Origin: an uncultured Actinomycetota bacterium
GTDB taxonomy: Bacteria; Actinomycetota; Actinomycetes; Propionibacteriales; Nocardioidaceae
Length of the DNA: 64,000 bases
Direction of reading: 5' to 3'
NCBI GenBank assembly: GCA_963714625.1
Contig: CAVQOY010000014.1
Location: 92,411 to 156,410 of the forward strand
Part shown: positions 43,702-51,996 of the stretch, piece after piece
How the letters are laid out: every line of letters starts with the position of its first letter
Numbering within the stretch: the first letter of the stretch is position 1
Notes under the pieces: generated by a model
The model's database searches: none
What the model was told of the DNA's origin: nothing
The model's input: the letters and a program-made list of their open reading frames with translations, nothing else
Position numbers and translations under genes: made by a program

Positions 43702-45933
43702 GTGGGCGACGACCGGGCCGACGACCGGGCCGACGACCGGGCCGACGAGCGCGCCGACGTGCGTGCGCTGCTCGACGCCCTCGAGCAGCTCAGCGTGGTG
43801 CTGCCCCTGCCGGGGGCCGGGCCCGGTTCCACCGGCACGGCTGCGACGGACGAGGACCGGCTCCGCTCGGAGCTGCTGGCCGTCTGCTACCGGCTGCTCT
43901 TCGCCGAGCTGGCCTCGGACGCCGGGGTCGAGGTCTCCACCGAGGAGGCACTGACCGGGCTCCGGGCTCCCACCGGTTCGGAGCGCTCGGGTGCTTCCGG
44001 TTCCGCCCCCGCGACGATCCGGGCCCTCGACCGCGCACGGGCGACGTTGCGAAGCGGCGGGCCGAGCGATCTGACGGACCTGAGCGGCCTGGGTCGTCTT
44101 CACGAGAGCCTGCTCGCGTGGCGGCTGGTCGCTGCGGACGGCCGGTGGGGCTGGCGCCAGGACGGCCGGCTGCGCAAGGCCGGAGGCTCCTACTTCACCC
44201 CGTCCGCTCTCGTCGATCACCTGCTGGACGAGACCCTCGACCCGCTCCTCGCCCCCGACCCCGGAGCGGGACCTGGCGCGGGCCCGGGTGCCGATGTGCA
44301 TCCTGCCGATGCTCCGCTGCCACGGGTGCTGGACCCCGCGTGCGGCGCGGGGGCGTTCCTGCTGCCGGCCGCGCAGCGGCTCGCGGCCCACGCTCGGCGA
44401 GCAGGGGTCGCCCCCACCGAGGCCCGACGCCGGGCCCTCGCCGCGGTGCACGGGGTCGACCTGGACCCGGCAGTGCTGGAGCTGGCTCGTGTCGTCCTGT
44501 GGCTGGGCAGCTGGCGCGACCTTCCCCTGCGCGGGGGCGAGCCGCCCACGCCCGCCGACCTCATGGTGCCGGTGGGGCTGGTGCACGGCGACGCTGTCGG
44601 CGAGCTGTCGTGGCAGCGGGTCTTCCCCGACGTCTTCGTCGACGGCGGCGCGGAGGCCGGGGAGTTCTCCGCCGGCGAGTTCGAGATCGGTGAGTTCGAG
44701 GCGGGCGACTTCGCCGCCGGTGCGCTCGAGCCCGGAGGCTTCGACGTCGTGGTCGCGAACCCGCCCTTCGCCAACCAGCTGGAACGGCTGACCGCGCGCG
44801 ACCGGCGCGGCAGCGGAGCCCGAGGCGTCTCGGCGTACACCGACCTGAGCGCGGTCTTCCTGCTGCACGCGCTGGCGTGGGTCCGGCCCGGCGGTCGGCT
44901 CGGATTCGTGCAGCCGCAGTCGGTGCTCTCCGCTCGCGACGCCGCCTCCGTGCGCAGTGCGGTGGTCGGCGCCGGCGCTCTGACGTCGCTGTGGGTGGGG
45001 GAGTCGGGGCTCTTCGACGCCGCGGTGCCCACCTGCGCGCTGGTGGTGCACCACGGCGCGGTGCAGAGGTCCGTACGCCGCTGGCGGGGCGGCTCCTTCA
45101 CGCGGCTTCCGGACCGCGACGTCGAGGCCGCCCACCTGCGCCTGGAGTGGGGGTTCCTGCTGGCCGCCGCGTTGGGCGTGCCCGAGGTGTCGCTGACCGG
45201 CGGGCGTCCGCTCGGTGAGCTGGCCGACTGCACCGCCGACTTCCGCGACCAGTACTACGGTCTCGAGCCCTACGTCCGAGAGTCCGCCACCGATGACGCC
45301 CCCGAGGACGCTGACGAGCCGACCACGGCCCCCCTGGTGACCTCCGGGCTCATCGACCCGGCCGCCTGCCGGTGGGGGGAGCGCAGCACACGGTTCCTCA
45401 AGCAGGTGTGGCAGGCCCCCGTGGTGGACCTCGACGCGATGGCCGAGGACACCAAGCTGGCCGCCTGGGCGACGCGCCGGCTCGTGCCCAAGGCACTGCT
45501 CGCCACCCAGGGCAAGGTGCTCGAGGCGGTCGCCGACGTCGAGGGCGCCTGGTTGCCGTCCGTGCCGGTGATCACCGTCCGCCCGCACGACCCCGACGAC
45601 CTCTGGCGGGTGCTCGCCGTGCTCCTCGCCCCACCGGTCTGCGCGGTGGCCGCGACCCGCTACGCCGGCAGCGCACTCAACCCCGGCGCCATCAAGCTGA
45701 GCGCCAAGCAGGTCGCCGGCCTGCCGACGCCGACGGTGGAGAACGCCTGGGCGCAGGGGTCGCACGAGGTGCGCGCCGCCCAGGAGATCGGCGACCCCGA
45801 GCAGCGGCGCGAGGCGCTGCTGCGTGCGGGCCGGACGCTCTGTGCGGCGTACGGCTTCAGCCTGGGGGGTACGACGAGCGCGGGGCCGCCCGCCGACGAC
45901 CTCCTGGCGTGGTGGTCGGCCCGGTTGCCCTGA
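43702..45933 (+). CDS. Solitary gamma-class N6-adenine DNA methyltransferase (Eco57I/TaqI-type, MamA-like), no nuclease domain recognised
   Basis: RKAGGSYFTP, motif I VLDPACGAGAFLL, motif IV VVANPPF (44758-44769) and a TaqI-like C-terminal recognition region. GTG 43702 is 3 nt after the galK stop. Confidence 0.85.
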   Translation: MGDDRADDRADDRADERADVRALLDALEQLSVVLPLPGAGPGSTGTAATDEDRLRSELLAVCYRLLFAELASDAGVEVSTEEALTGLRAPTGSERSGASGSAPATIRALDRARATLRSGGPSDLTDLSGLGRLHESLLAWRLVAADGRWGWRQDGRLRKAGGSYFTPSALVDHLLDETLDPLLAPDPGAGPGAGPGADVHPADAPLPRVLDPACGAGAFLLPAAQRLAAHARRAGVAPTEARRRALAAVHGVDLDPAVLELARVVLWLGSWRDLPLRGGEPPTPADLMVPVGLVHGDAVGELSWQRVFPDVFVDGGAEAGEFSAGEFEIGEFEAGDFAAGALEPGGFDVVVANPPFANQLERLTARDRRGSGARGVSAYTDLSAVFLLHALAWVRPGGRLGFVQPQSVLSARDAASVRSAVVGAGALTSLWVGESGLFDAAVPTCALVVHHGAVQRSVRRWRGGSFTRLPDRDVEAAHLRLEWGFLLAAALGVPEVSLTGGRPLGELADCTADFRDQYYGLEPYVRESATDDAPEDADEPTTAPLVTSGLIDPAACRWGERSTRFLKQVWQAPVVDLDAMAEDTKLAAWATRRLVPKALLATQGKVLEAVADVEGAWLPSVPVITVRPHDPDDLWRVLAVLLAPPVCAVAATRYAGSALNPGAIKLSAKQVAGLPTPTVENAWAQGSHEVRAAQEIGDPEQRREALLRAGRTLCAAYGFSLGGTTSAGPPADDLLAWWSARLP
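43708..43755. repeat. 12-bp in-frame tandem repeat x4 at the MTase 5' end
   Basis: GACGACCGGGCC x3 then GACGAGCGCGCC, encoding DDRA DDRA DDRA DERA. Confidence 0.95.
44659..44718. repeat. 15-bp in-frame degenerate tandem repeat x4 just upstream of the NPPF motif
   Basis: Encodes GEFSA GEFEI GEFEA GDFAA. Confidence 0.9.
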
Positions 45934-46134
45934 CAGCGGCCGGACCGTTCGTCAGGGCGCTCACAACGGGACCCGGCTCGACGGCATCACGGTCGACCGG
46001 TTCCCGGGGACTGTGACGACCAGCCGCGAACAGCACCACCAGCCACGCTCCGAGCAGCTCCAGCCGAACGACAGCGAGAACGTGCTGTGAGCTGGCCCCG
46101 CCTGCCCCGCCCCGCGGCGGCTCGAGCAGGATGC

Positions 46135-47328
46135 TCACGTGTGTGAGATCTTTCCGCCCGGGTTCTTGTCAAGATCACGAGATATCACCATGCGCTGGAT
46201 CTGGTTGGTGCCCTCGAAGATCTGCATGACCTTGGCCTCGCGCATGTAGCGCTCCACGGGGAAGTCACGTGTGTAGCCGTAGCCGCCGAGCACCTGGACG
46301 GCGTCGGTGGTGACCTTCATGGCGTTGTCGGTCGCCACCAGCTTGGCGACCGACGCCTCCCGGCCGAAGGGGCGTCCGGCGTCCTTGAGCCGCGCCGCGT
46401 GCAGCGTCGTGGCCCGTGCCGACTGGACGGCGGCCTCCATGTCGGCCAGCACGAAGGCCAGCCCCTGGTGGTCGATGATGCGCTTGCCGAAGGTCTCGCG
46501 GTGCTTGGCGTAGGCCACGGCGTGGTCGAGGGCGCCCTGCGCCAACCCGGTCGCCACCGCGGCGATGCCGAGCCGCCCGGAGTCCAGACCCTCGAGCGCG
46601 ATCCTCAGCCCGTCCCCCTCCTCGCCCAGCAGGCGGTCGGCGTCCACGTGCACGTTCTCGAGACGCAGGGTGGTGGTGGCTGAGCCGGTCAGACCCATCT
46701 TGCGCTCGGGCGGGTCCGCGCTGAGACCCTCGGCGTCACCGGGCACGAGGAAGCAGGAGATGCCGTTGCGGCGGTGTCCCGAGCCGGTCGAAGGGTCCTC
46801 CGAGGTCCGGGCCATCACCTTGTAGAAGTCGGCGTGACCCCCGTGGGTGATCCAGGCCTTGGTGCCGGAGAGCAGGTAGCTCCCGTCGCCCTGCCGGACC
46901 GCCTTGGCCGTCATGGCCGCCGGATCGGAGCCGGCGTGCGGCTCCGACAGCGCGTAGGCCCCGAGCAGCTCGCCGGAGAGCATCTCCGGCAGGAAGCGCT
47001 GCTTCTGCTCCTCGGTGCCGCGCGTGAAGAGACCGAAGCAGGACAGGGCGTGGACACTCACGCCCACCCCGACCGAGGACCACACCGACGCGATCTCCTC
47101 GAGCACCTGGAGGTAGACCTCGTAGGGCTGCTCGCCGCCGCCGTACTGCTCGGGGTAGGGCAGCGACAGCAGGCCGGCACGGCCCAGCGTGCGGAAGACC
47201 TCGCGGGGGAACACCTCGTCGGCCTCCGCCCGCGCCACCCGCGGGCCCAGCTCGCCCTCGACGATCTCGCGGGTCAGCCGCAGCAGGTCGGCGGCCTCCT
47301 CGGTGGGCAGGACGCGGGTCGCGGGCAC
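46135..47328 (-). CDS. Acyl-CoA dehydrogenase
   Basis: ACAD blocks GAYALSEPHAGSD, KAWITHG and the C-terminal IFEGTNQIQRMVISR. Confidence 0.92.
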   Translation of the reverse strand: MPATRVLPTEEAADLLRLTREIVEGELGPRVARAEADEVFPREVFRTLGRAGLLSLPYPEQYGGGEQPYEVYLQVLEEIASVWSSVGVGVSVHALSCFGLFTRGTEEQKQRFLPEMLSGELLGAYALSEPHAGSDPAAMTAKAVRQGDGSYLLSGTKAWITHGGHADFYKVMARTSEDPSTGSGHRRNGISCFLVPGDAEGLSADPPERKMGLTGSATTTLRLENVHVDADRLLGEEGDGLRIALEGLDSGRLGIAAVATGLAQGALDHAVAYAKHRETFGKRIIDHQGLAFVLADMEAAVQSARATTLHAARLKDAGRPFGREASVAKLVATDNAMKVTTDAVQVLGGYGYTRDFPVERYMREAKVMQIFEGTNQIQRMVISRDLDKNPGGKISHT

Positions 47329-47422
47329 GGGTTCCTCCAGGGGTGAGCCAGAACGCCTGGTGGCGGCTTGGCGGGACGGATGACGGGCGGGACGGGGGCG
47401 GTGCGGGATCGTCGACCGGTGC

Positions 47423-48013
47423 TCAGACGGTACGCCGCTCCTCGGCGAGGAGCCGCATGATCACGCGAGGGAAGCCGCCGGAGACCGCGTCGGTGTCCGA
47501 GACCTTGGTGAAGCCGGCGCCCTCGAAGAGCGCTCGGGTGCCGACGTAGGCCATGGTGAGGTCGACCTTGGCGCCCTGGTTGTCGGCCGGGTAGCCCTCG
47601 ACCGCCGGGGCACCCTGGTCCAGGGCGTAGTCGGCGGCGCCGGAGACCAGCACGCGCGCGATGCCCCGGCCCCGGTGACCCGGACGGACCCTGACGCACC
47701 ACAGCGACCACACCGGGAGGTCGTCGACGTGCGGGATCTTCGTCGACCGCGCGAAGGGCAGCTCCGAGCGAGGTGCCACTGCGGCCCACCCCACGACGGA
47801 GCCGTCCTCGTCGTGGGCGAGGACGCCGGGGGCGACGTCGCGGTCGCACAGGCCGCGCACGAAGTCGCCGCGCTCCGCACCGACCAGCTCCCGGTTGGTG
47901 CGCGAGTCGAGTCGGTGGCTGAGGCACCAGCACACCGACGAGGTCGGGTTCTTCGGGCCGAGCAGCGTCGCGACGTCGTCGAACGCGTGGGCGGGCCGGA
48001 TCGCGAAGGGCAC
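47423..48013 (-). CDS. GNAT family N-acetyltransferase
   Basis: Acetyl-CoA binding block VRPGHRGRGIARVLV. Typical size. Confidence 0.8.
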   Translation of the reverse strand: MPFAIRPAHAFDDVATLLGPKNPTSSVCWCLSHRLDSRTNRELVGAERGDFVRGLCDRDVAPGVLAHDEDGSVVGWAAVAPRSELPFARSTKIPHVDDLPVWSLWCVRVRPGHRGRGIARVLVSGAADYALDQGAPAVEGYPADNQGAKVDLTMAYVGTRALFEGAGFTKVSDTDAVSGGFPRVIMRLLAEERRTV

Positions 48014-48098
48014 CAGGTCAGGCTAGCCCGGCGACCGGGCTCCGTCCTGGCGCGCAGCCGGCCTCAGGTCGTCACCTACGCCTGAGGCCGGTGGTCCC

Positions 48099-51000
48099 TC
48101 AGACGTTGCGGCGGTACTGCCCGCCGACCTCGAAGAACGCCTCGGTCACCTGCTGCAGCGAGCACACGCGGGCGGCGTCCATGAGCACCGCGAAGACGTT
48201 CTCGCCCTCGATCGCGGACCGCTTGAGGCGCTCAAGCGCCTCCTCGGCCTCCGAGCGGTGGGTCTCCTGGAAGCCGTGGACGCGGTCGAGCTGTGAGCGC
48301 TTCTCGTCCTCGGTGGCGCGCGCCAGCTCGATGGTCACGGGTGCCTGGTCCGACTCCGGTGCCACGAAGGTGTTGACGCCGACGATGGGCAGGGTGCCGT
48401 CGTGCTTGCGGTGCTCGTAGAGCATCGACTCGTCCTGGATGCGACCGCGCTGGTAGCCGGTCTCCATCGCCCCCAGCACGCCGCCGCGTTCGGTGATGCG
48501 GTCGAACTCCTCCAGCACCGCCGCCTCCACGAGGTCGGTCAGCTCGTCGATGACGTAGGAACCCTGGAGCGGGTTCTCGTTCATCGCCAGCCCCCACTCG
48601 CGGTTGATGATCATCTGGATCGCCAGCGCTCGCCGTACGGACTGGGCGGTCGGGGTGGTGACGGCCTCGTCGAAGGCGTTGGTGTGCAGCGAGTTGGCGT
48701 TGTCGTAGATCGCGATGAGTGCCTGCAGGGTGGTGCGGATGTCGTTGAAGTCCATCTCCTGCGCGTGCAGCGACCGGCCGCTCGTCTGCACGTGGTACTT
48801 CAGCTTCTGCGAGCGCTCGCCGGCGCCGTACCTGTCACGCATGGCGACGGCCCAGATCCGGCGGGCGACGCGGCCGAGCACGGAGTACTCCGGGTCCATG
48901 CCGTTGGAGAAGAAGAACGACAGGTTCGGTGCGAAGTCGTCGATGTCCATGCCGCGCGCGAGGTAGGCCTCGACGTAGGTGAAGCCGTTGGACAGCGTGA
49001 ACGCCAGCTGGCTGATGGGGTTCGCCCCCGCCTCGGCGATGTGGTAGCCGGAGATCGACACCGAGTAGAAGTTCCGCACCCCGTTCTCGATGAACCACTC
49101 CTGGATGTCGGCCATCATCCGCAGCGAGAACTCGGTGGAGAACAGGCAGGTGTTCTGCCCCTGGTCCTCCTTGAGGATGTCGGCCTGCACGGTGCCGCGG
49201 ACGGTGGCCAGCCCCTGCGCCGCGAGCGCCGCGCGCTCCTCGGTGCTGGGCTGCCGCCCGTGCTCGCCGACATATGCCTCGACCTGCTGGTCGGCGACGG
49301 CGTTGAGGAAGAACGCCAGGATCGTCGGCGCCGGTCCGTTGATGGTCATCGAGACGCTCGTCGTCGGGGAGACGAGGTCGAAGCCGTCGTAGAGCGCCTT
49401 CATGTCGTCCAGGGTGGCCACCGACACCCCCGAGGTGCCGACCTTGCCGTAGATGTCCGGGCGCAGGTCGGGGTCGCGGCCGTAGAGGGTGACCGAGTCG
49501 AAGGCCGTCGACAGCCGGGTCGCCGGCTGACCCTCGGAGAGCAGCTTGAAACGTCGATTGGTGCGGAAGGGGTCACCCTCGCCGGCGAACATCCGGGCGG
49601 GGTCCTCGTTGTCGCGCTTGAACTTGAAGACGCCCGCAGTGAAGGGGAAGAAGCCCGGCAGGTTCTCCCGGCGCAGGAACCGCAGCAGCTCGCCCCGGTC
49701 GCGGTGGCGGGGGAGCGACACCCGCCGGATCTTGTTGCCCGACAGCGACTCGCGCGTCAGCGCGGTGTGGATCTCCTTGTCGCGCACGACCACGACCTGC
49801 TCGTCGCCGGAGTAGGCCTCGACGATCTCGGGCCACGAGTCCAGCTGGGACCTGACCTCCTCGGGGACGTCGGCTCGCGCGTCGTCCAGCAGGCTCTGCA
49901 GGTGCGGGGTCTCGACGGGCGCACCCCCGGCCGGCGCCTCGGCCGCTGCTCGACCACCGGTGAGCTCGTCGAGGACCAGCTCCAGGCGCTGCACCCGCGA
50001 GGCGGCCTCGGCCAGCCGCTCGGTCTCGGCGTGGTGGCCGCGCACCGTCTCAGCGATCTCGGCCAGGTAGCGCACCCGCTCGGGCGGCACGATGCGCGCC
50101 GTCACCGACGAGCGGCGTACGTCGACGTGGGGCAGCCGGCCGGCGGTCACCGGGAGCCCGCGCTCGGCGAGGAGGTCGCGCAGGTGCTGGTAGAGCGCGG
50201 TGACGCCGTCGTCGTTGAACGTGGCCGCCGAGGTGCCGAAGACCGGCATGTCCTCGGGTCGCTTGCCGAAGGCCTCGCGGTTGCGGACCAGCTGACGGCC
50301 GACGTCGCGCAGGGCGTCCTCGGCGCCGCGGCGCTCGAACTTGTTGATCGCGACCGCGTCGGCGAAGTCGAGCATGTCGATCTTCTCCAGCTGCGAGGCC
50401 GCGCCGAACTCCGGGGTCATGACGTAGAGCGCGGTGTCGACCAGGGGCACGATCCCGGCGTCACCCTGACCGATGCCCGGGGTCTCGACGACGACCAGGT
50501 CGAAGCCGGCCGCCTTCAGGACGGTGATGACGTCGGCCAGGTAGGGCGGGATCTCGTGGGCCCCCCTCGTGGCCAACGACCGGAAGTAGACCCGGTCGCC
50601 GTCGAGGGAGTTCATCCTGATCCGGTCGCCCAGCAGGGCGCCGCCGCCCTTGCGGCGGGTGGGGTCGACCGCGACCACGGCGATCCGGAGCTTGTCCTCC
50701 TGGTCGAGCCGCAGTCGGCGCACCAGCTCGTCGGTGAGCGAGGACTTGCCCGAGCCGCCGGTGCCGGTGATGCCCAGCACGGGCACGTCGCGTCCGGCGG
50801 CGACCTCGGCCAGACGCTGGGTGAGCTCCGCCGGGAGGCTGCCGCTCTCGGCTCCGGTGACGGCGCGGGCGACGGCGGTGGCGCCTCCCGCGATCACGGC
50901 CTCGGCGTCGACCGGGCCACGGCTCCAGCCGTCGATGTCGCACTCGGCGATGATCCGGTTGACCATCCCCGCCAGGCCGAGCCGCTGCCCGTCCTCGGGG

Positions 51001-51374
51001 GAGAAGATGGTGACGCCGCTGCCGCCGAGCCGCTCGATCTCCTCACGGACGATGACGCCGCCGCCCCCTCCGTACACCTTCACGTCCGGCGCACCGCGCT
51101 CGGCGAGCGCGGAGACGAGGTACTCGAAGTACTCGACGTGCCCGCCCTGGTACGACGACACCGCCACCCCCTGGGCGTCCTCCTCGAGGACGGCGTCCAC
51201 GACCTCCTGGACCGATCGGTTGTGGCCGAGGTGCACCACCTCGGCGCCCTGCGACTGCAGGATCCGCCGCATGATGTTGATCGAGGCGTCGTGGCCGTCG
51301 AACAGGCTCGAGGCGGTCACCAGGCGCACCGGGTGACGGGGTTCGTGCAGGGCGGGGCGGGCGTGCTCGGGCAT
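48099..51374 (-). CDS. icmF: Fused isobutyryl-CoA mutase (B12-binding domain + MeaB-like GTPase + mutase catalytic domain)
   Basis: N-terminal B12 domain (LFDGHDASINIM), G-domain P-loop GITGTGGSGKSS, and a C-terminal acyl-CoA mutase TIM-barrel domain. 1091 aa. RBS GAGGTG before ATG 51374. Confidence 0.92.
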   Translation of the reverse strand: MPEHARPALHEPRHPVRLVTASSLFDGHDASINIMRRILQSQGAEVVHLGHNRSVQEVVDAVLEEDAQGVAVSSYQGGHVEYFEYLVSALAERGAPDVKVYGGGGGVIVREEIERLGGSGVTIFSPEDGQRLGLAGMVNRIIAECDIDGWSRGPVDAEAVIAGGATAVARAVTGAESGSLPAELTQRLAEVAAGRDVPVLGITGTGGSGKSSLTDELVRRLRLDQEDKLRIAVVAVDPTRRKGGGALLGDRIRMNSLDGDRVYFRSLATRGAHEIPPYLADVITVLKAAGFDLVVVETPGIGQGDAGIVPLVDTALYVMTPEFGAASQLEKIDMLDFADAVAINKFERRGAEDALRDVGRQLVRNREAFGKRPEDMPVFGTSAATFNDDGVTALYQHLRDLLAERGLPVTAGRLPHVDVRRSSVTARIVPPERVRYLAEIAETVRGHHAETERLAEAASRVQRLELVLDELTGGRAAAEAPAGGAPVETPHLQSLLDDARADVPEEVRSQLDSWPEIVEAYSGDEQVVVVRDKEIHTALTRESLSGNKIRRVSLPRHRDRGELLRFLRRENLPGFFPFTAGVFKFKRDNEDPARMFAGEGDPFRTNRRFKLLSEGQPATRLSTAFDSVTLYGRDPDLRPDIYGKVGTSGVSVATLDDMKALYDGFDLVSPTTSVSMTINGPAPTILAFFLNAVADQQVEAYVGEHGRQPSTEERAALAAQGLATVRGTVQADILKEDQGQNTCLFSTEFSLRMMADIQEWFIENGVRNFYSVSISGYHIAEAGANPISQLAFTLSNGFTYVEAYLARGMDIDDFAPNLSFFFSNGMDPEYSVLGRVARRIWAVAMRDRYGAGERSQKLKYHVQTSGRSLHAQEMDFNDIRTTLQALIAIYDNANSLHTNAFDEAVTTPTAQSVRRALAIQMIINREWGLAMNENPLQGSYVIDELTDLVEAAVLEEFDRITERGGVLGAMETGYQRGRIQDESMLYEHRKHDGTLPIVGVNTFVAPESDQAPVTIELARATEDEKRSQLDRVHGFQETHRSEAEEALERLKRSAIEGENVFAVLMDAARVCSLQQVTEAFFEVGGQYRRNV

Positions 51375-51386
51375 GACACCTCGGAT

Positions 51387-51420
51387 TTAGTTGGACGTCC
51401 AAGTAATGCGGCTCACTATA
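51387..51420 (-). promoter_or_regulatory. Candidate icmF promoter -10 box plus palindromic operator
   Basis: On the minus strand, TATAGT (51415-51420) is followed by the near-perfect 20-bp palindrome TTACTTGGACGTCCAACTAA (51387-51406; core TTGGACGTCCAA is perfect). This lies 13 nt upstream of the icmF start and directly downstream of marR. Confidence 0.45.
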
Positions 51421-51429
51421 CGCCCCGGC

Positions 51430-51984
51430 TCAGGTCTCGACCTGGTCTCCGGCGGACCGGCGGTAGGCCGTGAGCAGGCGCGTGAGCTGCGCGGTCTCGT
51501 CGGTGGCGAGACCGACGTCGGCGAAGACGGAGCCGTTCAGACCGTCGGTGGCGCGCTCGACCACCTCACGTCCGGCCTCGGTCAGCACCGCCCGCACCAC
51601 CCGGCGGTCGGCGGCCTGACGCTCCCGGACCACGAAGCCCTGACGCTCGAGCCGGTCCACGGCGCTGGTGACGCTGGTGGGGTGCACCTGCAGGAGCGAG
51701 CCCAGGCGGGTCATGGGCATCGAGCCGGTGGAGGTGAAGGACAGCAGCCGCAGGACCTCGTAGCGGGCAAAGGTCAGGTCCAGGGGGCGCAGGACGGCAT
51801 CGACGCGCTCGAGCAGCAGCTGGTGGACCCGCACCAGCGAGGTCACCGCCACCATGCCGTCGGCGGCGTCCTCCCAGCCGTGGCGCACCCACTGTCGCTG
51901 CGCCTCGCGGATGGGGTCGCGTCCAGCGGGCCCAGCGGGCCCAGCGCGCCCTTCGGTAGCGGCGGGTTCGTCGGATCGGGCCAC
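51430..51984 (-). CDS. MarR family transcriptional regulator
   Basis: Winged-HTH block MTRLGSLLQVHPTSVTSAVDRLERQGFVVRE. GTG 51984. Confidence 0.85.
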   Translation of the reverse strand: MARSDEPAATEGRAGPAGPAGRDPIREAQRQWVRHGWEDAADGMVAVTSLVRVHQLLLERVDAVLRPLDLTFARYEVLRLLSFTSTGSMPMTRLGSLLQVHPTSVTSAVDRLERQGFVVRERQAADRRVVRAVLTEAGREVVERATDGLNGSVFADVGLATDETAQLTRLLTAYRRSAGDQVET

Positions 51985-51996
51985 GGTCAGGGCCCG

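Noticed and set aside
43702-45933. The methyltransferase as part of a restriction-modification, BREX or DISARM defence system.
   Set aside because: No nuclease, specificity subunit, PglZ, BrxC/L, helicase or phospholipase-D genes lie within several kb on either side. The flanks are sugar catabolism and fatty-acid genes. I therefore treat it as an orphan methyltransferase. A distant partner cannot be excluded from this window.
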